Shown here piece by piece: positions 11,026 through 22,340 of a stretch of 40,175 bases of DNA. The notes under the pieces are model-generated. The model saw only the letters and a list, made by a program, of their open reading frames with translations, was not told the DNA's origin and made no database searches. Where the stretch lies: NCBI GenBank assembly GCA_032718475.1, contig JAUCBJ010004542.1:1-40175 (forward strand), read 5' to 3'. Both the position numbers and the translations under genes were made by a program. The stretch is from Nemertoderma westbladi. Lineage: Eukaryota > Animalia > Xenacoelomorpha. Each line of letters opens with the position of its first letter. Within the stretch, counting starts at the first letter, position 1.

Positions 11026-13240
11026 GTGCTGCAGTCGAGCCATTTAAATTCGACGGAAGTAGGCCGGAAGAATGCAATTTCGGCGCATGTACAGTAACGA
11101 GATATTAAGTAAGAACCTGACGCAGGCGGAGTGCCTAAAATATTTACATGTATATACAGGAGGCCCAGCGTACGACATCGTGAGGCAGTATCAGGGCATC
11201 GAGGGCGGCTTCATGACTGCATGGCGGGCCATAGACAGGGAATACGGACACCCAGCCAAGATCATCCGGCAAACCCTGAGGGGTATAACATCGGGTGGCC
11301 TACAGGATAACCCCATTAGCATAAAGACGTTTGCGAACAAAGTCGAGAAGGCATTAATCGTGCTGAAAACGCTAGACACGCCATACGAACTCAATGCATC
11401 TAATAACATCACCACGATAGCGCAGGCACTGCCGATCTGACTGCGGAGCAAGTGGAGGAAGATCGCCTTCTCCACTCGGGAGAAGAAAGGTGCGGAGCCA
11501 GGGCTAGAGGAAATGTCAAACTTCCTCAACTACGAAGCAGAGTTGATCACAGACCCAGTCTATAGTGAGGATAGTTTGGGGAAGGCGCCGAAGACCGAAT
11601 ACAACAGGCCTAAACCCAAACACAATCCTGCAAATCCATTCCCGAGAGTAAGACAGTCGCTACCACACGCGGCCACACAGGGGGCTACAAGCCCACAGTT
11701 AGCTGGGAGTAGGGCCACACAGTGGCAGGGGCAGAAAGAAAATAACAACACAAATAAACATAACCCCAATATACCCAGTAGGCCGAGTCCAGATAACCAA
11801 AACACTAAATCAATAGATATAAACCTACGCGCGATACGTGAGGGACCATACAGGGAACGCTACAATCTAGGATTCGAATGTCAGTTGCATAGGGACGGAA
11901 CCCATAAGACCATGAGTTATAAGCACTGGCAAGCATTGCCCAAACAAGATTGTGTAGCCTACACAGACGCAAACGGACTATGTCATCGATGTGTGGTAGA
12001 AGGACACAGATCCGGAGAGTGTAGAGAAACAACAATAGGAAACGATGAGACTGGAGGCCAAACGATGGCTACAAGCACGACAGGAGTAAGAAGGAAGAGG
12101 AAGGTACTACTCGGGGTAGTGCCAGTGAAGATAACAGGAAGGGGCGGCCGATCAGTCACAACATTAATTCTGGTCAACAGCGGAGCAGCCTTCACGCTGG
12201 TGGAGAATTGGGTGGCCGAGGAGATAGGGTTACAGACGAGGCCGAGTAGGTTGGCGGTAACTACTGTCTCAAGTAAGGATGAGGTCCTGGAGATGAGGAC
12301 AGGACGGTGCGAGATATCAGCGATTGCACCGGGATGTGACTATGAGGCGACCATAGACCCCATTCAGATCATAGAATCGATAAATATAAATGCCAGGAGA
12401 CCAACTAACATCGAGGTCGAGCAGTACCGGTTCCTGGGCGATATCGATTTTTCAATACCGGAGGTGGACGTCTCGAAGGTATCCATCATAGTGGGTATGG
12501 ATTGCCCGACGGCCCACGAAAGAGTACAGACGATCTTCGGGGAAGACAGACAGCGGGATCTGACGGCGATTCTCACGCCGTTCGGATGGACGCTTAGCGG
12601 CCCAATTAAAACCAAGATTCCACACAGGGTGTCGGAAACATCAGGGTGCATGCTACCAGGCACCGTTAAGGACGAAGAGGAGAGACCAGAAACGGTAGAT
12701 AAGCAAGAAGGAGAAGTAACAGTAAGAGAGTGGGCGGAGGAGAATGGATTTGACGCGGAAGACTTAGAGACAATGGGATGGAACAAGGATCCCAGCAAGT
12801 ATCGGTATGGGGATGGAGAGGAGTGGATGGCGAGATGTCCGGAGGACAACAATCCGGAGGAGTGTCCGGAGGAGTGTCGGGAGGAGTGTCCAGAGGAGTG
12901 TCCGGAAGAGACGCCGGTGCGGTTGAGAGGCATACCGACAAGGGGGAGGTCGAGTAAGAAGACAGGATGGAAAAGGATAGGATTACTATTGTTCGTTCTG
13001 TTTTGTCTGTTCTTTCAGTTTCTTTCCATTCTGCCGCCGGGAGACAACCAGATGAAGGGTGGCATTTTGCTGCCAGGAGATCAAGAAATTAAGAAGGCGG
13101 CGGAGAGACCCGATTTTAGGGTGGCAGAAGAGGGAGAACCAGTTCCTGGTGAGTTGGAATTGGCGAGGAGAGTGTGGCGAATCCTACAGGACCTACAAGG
13201 GGAGCAGTGGGAGAGTGCCTGTTGGAAGAATCGCCCTTGA
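11026..13240 (+). pseudogene. BEL/Pao Gag-protease ORF with atypical C-terminus (CPEE repeats, hydrophobic helix)
   Basis: VEPFKFDG; CLKYLHVYTGGPAYDIV; AWRAIDREYGHP; TGA at 11438-11440 in frame with ORF 11513-13240; ITDPVYS; NGLCHRCVVEGHRSGEC; LLGVVPVKI..ILVNSGAAFTL (D>N); IIVGMD; LTPFGWTLSGP. Confidence 0.85.
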
Positions 13241-13329
13241 AGTTTAGATGAAGTTAGATGAGGTTTAGTCGTCCAATATCTTGGACTGAGGGGGGTGGGA
13301 ATGAGGGCGAGACGCTCTTCCCACATATG

Positions 13330-14240
13330 AATAATTAAATAAATAATAAAAATAATAAGTTAGTAAGAAGTTAGAAAGTTAGTAGAAGTTAGTAAGAAAG
13401 CTAGTAAGTAGTTAGAAAGTTAGTTAGAAGTCGGCGGAATAGGGAGTGTGGTATATAAACATACCACGGGAGTAGGAGGGTACCTGGTACCGTTAGGTTA
13501 GAAGTCGACGGGTATAGGGAGTGTGGTATATAAACATACCACGGGAGTAGGAGGGTACCTGGTACCGTTAGGTTAGAAGTCGGCAGTAAGAGAGTGTGGT
13601 ATATTGACATGCCATGAGTAGCAGCAGAGGGGTTGTGGGCACCGGAAGCGCCACATAGAAAGTAGTAAGCAGCGTGGTTGTGGGCACCGAGAGTGCCACG
13701 TAGATAGAGGTAGTAGCAGAAGAGGGGTTGTGGGCACCGGAAGCGCCACGTAGAAAGTAGTAAGCAGAGTGGTTGTGGGCACCGAAAGCGCCATGTAGAT
13801 AGAGGTAGTAGCAGAGAGTGGTTGTGGGCACCGAAAGCGCCACGTAGAAAGAGACTAAGAGGGTACATAGTACCGTTAGTAGAGTTAGTAGATTTAGGAG
13901 TTAGAGAGTTAGTAGAGTTAGGAGTTAGTTAGAGTTAGTAGAGTTAGAGAGCTAGTTAGAGTTAGAGAGTTATTAGAATTAGAGAGTTAGTAGTAAGAAG
14001 TAAGTAGTAAGTAGCAAGTAAGTAGTAAGTAGATAGAATGATAGCACAGGGTATGATAGCATAAGAAACTTAGCGCCTTTTGAGAGCAGTCCCGAGAGGA
14101 GTATGGAGAGGAGCTGTTGGCGAGAGAGAGTGCAGACGAGTGCGATTCAGGTGTGGGGAGAGAGCAGAGTGGAGTTAGAGTGGAGTTAGAGTGAAGTAAG
14201 ATAGAGTAGAGTGAGAAGTTAGAGTTTAGAGAGTGAGAGA
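13330..14240. repeat. Composite tandem-repeat block inside the BEL derivative
   Basis: 75-bp duplication (13440, 13515, partial third at ~13590); five ~45-50-bp units with core GGTTGTGGGCACCGRAAGCGCCACGTAG (~13625-13850); flanking AGTTAG(T/A)AG-type simple repeats; strongly C-poor + strand. Confidence 0.9.
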
Positions 14241-14785
14241 GTTTTAAAATTGTGTGAGAATCCACAATTGTCTCAAACCGAGACGCCAGATGTCTTGGTG
14301 CAACATAGGTTGCGGTTGCACCAAGAAGGGGTAGTAAAATCATACCCAGAGGGAGCGGCCTGGAAAGCCGACTCCAAGTAAAAGAACTCCACCCCACACC
14401 CGATAGTAGATCGGGTTCCAGCGGAATTGAAGCGCACTCAGAGCTTGATGCTATCTTCTCACCGGGAAGATAGCATGGGGGGGAGTGTGAGCGGATTCAA
14501 TTCCGCCTCACTATCCCCATAAAGTTGGGAAGTGGCGCCTTTTCAGCAATATTGGGGATACGAGGTTAATCACAATTAATCTCGTATCACACCCAATAAC
14601 GGGGACAACACACGGCCCCGAAGGCCACACACAAATGAGGTTAGAGGTCAAACCGCCTCGAGAGGGAAAGTAACAGCAGCGGGGGGGGGGGGGGGGAAGC
14701 ACTCCCACAGAGGTGGGAGCCGAGAATTAAGATATTAGCCAATAGGGGCGAGGAAAGCATCCGCTAAATAGAGGGGCCAAGGTAA

Positions 14786-15079
14786 TGTAGGAGTGACGAT
14801 CATATATATTATGTTGCATACCTCATTACCGGTCAGTTTAGTTATCAGTCATTAGTTTGGCGCAGGCCGGCAACCAGTTCGACCGTTATTGCGGTGCTGC
14901 TGTATATATTATATTTCTACCGGTTAACTTACTCTGTGCTTTCATTAGTTTCCATTATATATTATCAGTCAGTCAGTTGAACACCGAACTCAAACCTTTT
15001 ATACCATATCACACCCATCTATCAGCCTGCTGTGACGTGTAAGAACACAACCCGATCGTGATCCCCTGATCCCGTCACA
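14786..15079 (+). repeat. Putative 3' LTR of the BEL derivative
   Basis: Begins TGTAGGAG immediately after AAATAGAGGGGCCAAGGTAA (BEL-like PPT); contains TATATA; ends ...CCCGTCACA. No second copy to confirm the end. Confidence 0.5.
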
Positions 15080-16394
15080 TTTCCACCCGTACGTTTCAGT
15101 ATATGCATGTCTTCATTGTTATTTACAACCACAAGGTATTGCACAAGTGCACATACAAGTCAATATACAGTAGTAATTTGTGGCTCCAATAAATTCAATT
15201 AATTCTGACTTTGTGAAATCTCGTAACCTTGAAATTGTTTAAGGATAAAAGCGAATCATTGAACACGGTTCTCGTAAAAGTCCATCTATCCTCGAAAATA
15301 TGCTTTACCTCTAAATTTTTAAGTTAATTTTTTTTTTACCAAAAATTCACGTAAACATACTGTATCTCGACTCAATTTGACAAAAAATTATAAAATATTC
15401 GATTAACATTAATTATATATTATTTTTGTACAGCATACAATATAGGCCTAACCGAATTATTTATAATGAATTTAGGATTTAAGTATTAATAAGGAATTAA
15501 GTTACCTGTATTTCTATTTACAGTATTTTTTTATTTAAAAATTTATACAATTTAGAAGATAATAATTAACATGAGAACTGCAGGCCATACTGTAGGCCTA
15601 CAGTTTAAAAGAGACTCGTGGATGTGTTATAAAATTACTGTAGAATTAATTATATATATATTATTATAGGCCTAATATATATATACATAAAGCTCAAAAC
15701 TGAAAGTGTCGATACTGGGAAAACTAAATTGTTATAAAACGGTAACATGAGAAGAAACAATTTTAGCTAACTTATTAGTATATTTGTAAACTGCGCCTAC
15801 TATCATGTCAACAAACTGCCAAATTACGTGTAAATTTACAACATTTGGATCAATAAATGTCTGGATTTATTGCCTTTTTGGCCAGTGATCAACAGTATTG
15901 TCCTTTGAGCATTAACAATATCTTCAATGGAAATTATATATTTCATGTATAAATTAATTTAAATCTGCAATGCGCTGCCTTTCTTTAAGCCTATAACTGC
16001 CCATTCCCATTACCATTCCACTTTCACAAAATCACACCAGTTTAGCTTTATATATATTTTACTGTATCCAACTAACTGTATGTGATTAATTATTTATCGT
16101 TTATTACAAATTTATGTAATGCTACTTTTCTACTACTTTTCAGTACGTTTCAGTACAGTAGTATATTTGAGACAGGGGGGGGGGGGGGGGGGTGTTTGGA
16201 AAGTATCTTTTTTAAAATATAGTTATTTAAGCAAAACCTTTATCTAGTTCTATAAAACACTAATAATGTACTGTGACGAATAATAGCTAAGGGATCTGTC
16301 TGGGTGGTGACACAGTCAGTATTCGGTTTGTGAAGGTATTTTGTCGGTGGTGTTGCTAAGTCTTACAGTTTGTGACTTACAGTCTTACAGAGTC

Positions 16395-16840
16395 TTACAG
16401 AATATTTAAGGATTTGTAAATTGGTGCAGCGCGCGACTGATAATGATTGAAAGTTATAGCTCGAACTATTTTGTTAACTTGCACTTTGATTTTAGCAGTA
16501 TATGCGTGGTGACTATTTCCCCAAAGAGGTATTCCGTATATTAGATAAGTAAAGAGTTCTAAGAATGTCCAGAGGCGTAGAATGTGTCTCAGTTTAAAGA
16601 AGATCCCGGATAATTTTGATATTTTTACTAATACATGGTTGCAGTGAATTTTCCAGTTTATTTTATTGTCTATGTAGATTGCTAGAAATTTCGATGCCGT
16701 AGTTTTAGTTAATGGAGTTGAATGAAGGCTCACATCCGGAATTATTGTATTTGAATTGCGATTGTCCACGATAATGTATTCTGTTTTCTTTAGATTCAAG
16801 GAGAGTTTATTGTCCGTGAGCCATTCATCAAGTTCGATGT
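16395..16840 (-). pseudogene. CR1/L2-group LINE RT C-terminal fragment
   Basis: EWLTDNKLSLNLKKTEYI, KFLAIYIDNKINWKIH, KISKLSGIFFKLRH, YLIYGIPLWG. Confidence 0.88.
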
Positions 16841-17881
16841 TCGATCTATTTCAAGGAAATTCGTTGAGATATAATTAATAGATTCTTCATTTTTGTACTT
16901 CTGTTTCTTGCTACTTTCCTTTGTTTCGGCCTATACATACTATATTATTTTTTTTAGAAAGATAACTCTTTAATTAGGGTCATTATGTCAATTATTATCT
17001 TCCACCACCGCGTGGAACATCGTTGTATTTAAACCTATTCCAAAATATATTTTATGAGGAAAAAAGTTCTGGAAGGGCCATACCTCTCTACTTGTTAATT
17101 AGAGCCCCCTAGTGGATCATATTAGTATTTCATTTACATCTAAGCAAGATAGTTAGGTATGCTCAAAAGTTATATATTCGCTCTGGCCCTTATCGGCCAA
17201 TGTATATATAATTATATATATCAAATCCAGGACCAGAATCGTTATGCTGCATTGCAGCTGCATTTTTAAGAATGCTGTTCCGGCCTGTCGACAAAATTGC
17301 GCTGCTACAACACCCTATCACTTATTGTACTTAGAATTCACTAGTGTGAATCCGATCGAAAAATAAAATTTTGAAAAAAGAACTGGGGTGGTTATTTTGC
17401 AGCACCAAAATTACAAGTAGTGAACAATTTTCATAAAATTTGAAAGTTACAATTTTCGGCTAATTGTTTTAATACAATGTTCAATACGGGTTTTCTGGTG
17501 CGTAAAATTCATTGTAAAATATTTAAAAATAATCTGTTTAGTATAAATGGCTGTTTTAGTCCTCTACGTAGGCAAAAAATGAAAAAAACAGGTAACCAGC
17601 ACTTTTCAGTTTGAACAAAAAAATTATTTGTTCACTTATACGATTCTATAAATTCCCATTTTTAGGTTTTCTGGGGCGCTGATTCTAATGGAAACATTTC
17701 TCATTTTCCAGAGCATTGCTACTCGTATTTTTCGGTGTAATATGGTAAATTTTGGTTCTAGCACCATATTTCGTACCCATCACCAAAAAAGTACAAGTTT
17801 GAGATGTCCAGTGCGGTTTTTATTGATTCCATCGGATTCAGGACCCTCATAAACCCGTATAACGCAAGAAACAAGATGATA

Positions 17882-18547
17882 CTATCTATTGATCAATTTG
17901 CTTATTTCCAAAAATTTGGTGCTGGCACAACAATTGAAACCCTGAAACCATTCATTTAGCTCAAATTCTTCAGAGTCCAATGTTTCAGTTTCGGGTCTCT
18001 CCTCCAAAGTAGCGCGATAATTTACTCTAAGCACATTTATACGCTTATTCATATCTATAAAATGGTTACGAATTACCTGCAACTTATCATATAGGGATGT
18101 CAGAGTTCTAAACTGTCTCTCTTTGGTCGCTATACTCACCAACTTCTGTAAATTGATTGTTTGCAGGTGTAACAGCTGATCATATTCATCCAGCATTCCG
18201 GCTAAATCTGCCGGGTCATGGGTTCCACTGTCTAGGCATTTGGTTAATTTATTTGTCGCCTTGGTTACCTTACCCATGTAACCACCTGCACTTTTATTAA
18301 TTGTAGGATGCCTCAAGGATGTGTTACTATCGTCACTACTGTCAGCATCAGGGATTTCATCTTCAAGGTGTCGAGCAGCACCCTGAACTATAAACCCAGA
18401 AGCAGGGACGATACCTACTGTCTGTGTGGTAGGGGCACTAATAGTCTCAATTACGTCAGGTGTGGTGACGTTTAATTGCTAACTGGACTCGTCAGCAGTC
18501 TCACATTGTTCTGTTACCGGAACGTCGGTATTTGTTGTTTGACTCAT
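17882..18547 (-). pseudogene. Probable BEL/Pao gag N-terminal fragment (second element), 3'-truncated
   Basis: ATG at 18547, one internal stop, acidic linker, then SAGGYMGKVTKATNKL and a coiled-coil-like stretch resembling BEL Gag starts. Confidence 0.5.
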
Positions 18548-18756
18548 TTTCGGGATTTTATATTTTATATTGATTAAAATTTTTTAATTTAAATTTTAAT
18601 TCAATTTAACGAAATTCCTTGCTTGTTGTAATAGTTTACAAATTATTACACCAATTTAATTGTGAATTCAAATAAAACAAACTTTCACAACTCAATTAAT
18701 TTCTAATTTTCTTATATTTATTTTATTTCATAAAATATAGCCTTGGCTCGACTTTA

Positions 18757-19134
18757 TGAGACCCTGGATGGTGGGACAATAAGATACAACAAAGGTAAGT
18801 AATTTAAAATTGTACTTAAAAAATTACAACACCAAATTTATTTTGTATGCACAAGTGCCACAAATACTGTGCATAAGTATTTTAACAAACCTTCAAACAG
18901 CCACAAATAAACTATAGATCCCACAAGCACAATCCTATCGACACTACGACCAACCTGTGATTGATGCTAACGACGCCGTCCCACGTCCCAACCTCGTGAA
19001 TGATCAGTTCACTTGCGTACCAAGTCAAACGTCCCCAGATCCCGGATTGGTTGTGGTGATGAAAGTGATGTTCCTGTAAGTTGTATTAGAGAATTAGGTG
19101 GCTGTCTGGTAGATTTACACTAAATTATCCTACA
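18757..19134 (-). repeat. Putative 5' LTR of the second BEL fragment
   Basis: Minus strand starts TGTAGGAT (compare TGTAGGAG at 14786), has AATAAA ~80 nt from the end, ends GGGTCTCA, followed by TAAAGTCGAGCCAAGG and then the gag ORF. Confidence 0.4.
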
Positions 19135-20202
19135 ATTTCGACCGAAATATAAATTCTTAATTTCTTATAAATCTTATAATGCAGCCCGTTTTGGCTATAC
19201 AAACTTTCAAACTCGATACAAACTTTACTCAATGGCGGCGCTATAGCAACTCTGTGATTTATTTATAAATTTTTACATCGCAAATCAGCTAAGAATTGGC
19301 TAAAAAGATTTCGCTAAAGCACATTGCAGATTTATTAACATAATAACCACTGTTGAATACGTATCAAAATTATCGCAATACGTATCAGTTTCGAAAGAAA
19401 GCAAAACAATAAACCGGTCTATATAAAGCTCAACAAGGAAACTCCAGTTGGTGAGGAATCCCTGCTAATATTATCAACTTTATTAAAACAATTTACTAGC
19501 GTGATGGCCCCTTATCCACCACATATACTGCAAACTAAACTGCCGATAGGTAAGGGTTGTATCGAGTACAATTTGTAAACAAACAAAATATAAACACAAT
19601 TTATCCTAAATTTTCCCGCTATAACAAATTCTCTATATTTCTATACACCGCACCGCTGTCGACGGTAGTAAAGGAAGGAAATTATAACGCAATACTAAAC
19701 CTGGTTATCTCGTGGATAAATTTGCCGATATTCTCTAATTTTTCACTTCTATTCTGTAAAGTAACTGTAAGAGTGTCAAACTAATGATTGTGAGAGATGA
19801 TTAACACTATCTAAATACCCCAAATACATTTACTGCTGGACTGTGAATAATGCTGTAGCTGAAACTTGGTATATAAGCTTACTCAACCCAAACAAAAGGT
19901 CAAAATAAATAAAGATGAAGTGAAATGAATGTTAGTATCCCAATGAGACCCAAACCTAAGCCAAAACGATGAGCGCTGATACCAAATATATCAACACTCT
20001 CCCCCTTTTGCACTTCCGTGCTGCCTGTGTGGTTATTATGATGGGGTATCCCGGTTCAATTTGGCCCAAAACCCAAGTACAGGAAAAATAGTTAAAGCAC
20101 CAGTTAACCTAATAGAATTGTGTCATCAACATAATGGACCCCCATCCCCTTGTGGCTTACCCAGTCCAACTTACTACCCTTATGTTTCACTCATGTTGTA
20201 TG

Positions 20203-21008
20203 GGATCTAGGACACTTCCCGCCCAAGTAGGACACTTCCCCCCCGGACACTTCCCCCCCGGACACTTGCCCCCCGGACACTTCCCCCCCAGTTAAATTGT
20301 AATAATATATATATAAATTTTAATATATAAATTACTACAATATTATATAATTCAACAAAATCCTATTAAAAATATATTGCAAGTAACCAGGAAATTTAAT
20401 GTGTAGTGTGTATAATATCTATATAGTATGTACAGTAATATGTATATCAATTTTATGTAATGCTGAACACAGAATACAGGTCGACGCATGTCGATTTTAC
20501 CCTGGAGAGGTATAATTTTGATTGTAACAATAATATTCATCCCCATCTGCTACAATTTGAAGAAGACTATTACATAATAATACCTATAGGTATAATTAAA
20601 ACAATTAATTATTATAATTCTATAGTTAATAAATACTGTATATCATTCCGGGGATGGAATTTATAGGCCATGTAATTAATTGTTTAAAGATTAGCAAACA
20701 ATACGATAAAACCCAAGTATTGATAAAACCCATAAATAAAACTTGGATATAAAATGTAAAATCGGGAAGCAAAAGATCACTTTCTGAGCTACGAAAGGAA
20801 AATTGGATACAACTTATCTGGATACAAGCGGTCCGTTTACCTTACAAAATGAAAAATACGAATCTGCGAAGTTAAGAACAGTCGGGGGGGAAGTGTCCGC
20901 AGGGGGGAAGTGTCTGGGGGGGAAGTGTCCGGGGGGGAAGTGTCCTACTTGAGCGGGGGGGAACTGTCCGGGGGGGAAGTGTCCGGGGGGGGGAAGTATC
21001 CGAACACC
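20203..21008. mobile_element. MULE-like MITE copy 1 (internally deleted relative to copy 2)
   Basis: Ends GGATCTAGGACACTTCC / GGAAGTATCCGAACACC; subterminal tandem GGACACTTCCCCCC arrays in inverted orientation; 8-bp TSD GTTGTATG (20195-20202, 21009-21016). Confidence 0.8.
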
Positions 21009-22019
21009 GTTGTATGATATAATCCATCCTGTAGTCCTGTGGCTCCCGCAGTCGGCCGGTACGGCTCGACCTCCTCACTCCATAATTATCATTATTAGGC
21101 GGAGAATGTGCCGCTCATGTGTAAAAACAACAGGTTTGAATTCCGAACCGATCACCGGGTGTCTTTATTCCACCATTTCGATTCACAAATTCACCAAAGG
21201 GTTAATACATGTATATGTTACGTTTTTACGGTACAAAATCAGAACATAATATCAGATAAATTCAATACAATCTGAAGAAATTCAATATAAAATCTCGAAG
21301 AATAATCAATATAAAAACATATCATATAACAACAAAACTGGTTTTTACCGGTTCCAGTAAGTTCTCGTTGACATTGCATAAAAATTCAGTAAACCGGTAT
21401 TTACTTGGATATCAGTAGCTACTAGCTTTCTTATTCGTCCAGCAATCAGATAAATGGCCAATCACAGCGCCCTTCTTATCACCTACATGGAATGGGCCTG
21501 GCGCATGCGCATAACTAGAGTTCAAACATAAACAGCATCTAAATCAATTTGTAAGGGCCACCGGTTTAGGTATAAAATTGGACAAATTATGGATGTAGAA
21601 ATTCTGTACCAACATTTGTTTAGATCCACCTTATTTACTGCGGTTTCAATACAGATATAAACTTGATTAAATATTTCCTAGTTTGCAATAAAATTCGGAA
21701 TTCAAAATCGTCAATAAATTAGCCATAATATCGTAAAAATAAATAAGTTTTTTCATGTATAGCTACTGCAGTACGTACAGAGTTTAACATATTTACTGTT
21801 TTGATTGACACTATTTAATTTATAACATTATTTATGGCATCATAATGACATTATTTATGTTCCGTTTATAACTTACCGTTTATTTATTAATTAACTTTAT
21901 ATTAGTTTTTGTGATGGACCAATATCATTGATTCATTAATCAAGATACCGTATTTCTGTGGTGCTATTTGGTCAATAATATTACTAATACAACAATAATG
22001 TGTTCAGCATACTTGCAGC

Positions 22020-22340
22020 ATAAGGATTCCCTGAGCGCCAGAGGAAATTATTACAGTTATCCGATCACTGTACGATGGTTCCACCACATTTGTGTCTCCT
22101 GCTGATGGTGGCGAGACAGATCCATTCGAAGTCTTATGGGGAGTCCTTCACGGTGACACACTTGCACCCTTTATACTCGTAATTGTGGTTGACTATGTTA
22201 TACGCATGTCCTTAGATCATCATAATGATGATCGGGTGAATACTGGCACAAGAATTAGAGGAAATCATGACTTAGGGGTACTGTCAGAATCACTAGAGGG
22301 AGCCCAAACGCTCCTCTGTTCATTGGGGCAGAAGCGCTCT
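22020..22340 (+). pseudogene. RTE-clade LINE RT fragment
   Basis: VSPADGGETDPFEVLWGVLHGDTLAPFILVIVVDYVIR...DLGVLSESLEGAQTLL. Confidence 0.85.

Larger units (their letters stand above)
11026..15079 (+). mobile_element. 5'-truncated, non-autonomous BEL/Pao LTR retroelement derivative
   Basis: DUF1759-like Gag, zinc knuckles and BEL-type protease, no RT/RNase H/integrase core, then a purine tract and a TG..CA bounded segment. No 5' LTR in the window. Confidence 0.7.

Noticed and set aside
13401-14397. Minus-strand ORFs with repeated peptides
   Set aside because: Translations of tandem repeats open in several frames at once.
21455-21515. Promoter (CCAAT box plus GCGCATGCGC NRF1-like site)
   Set aside because: No adjacent gene; such short motifs are common in repeat debris.
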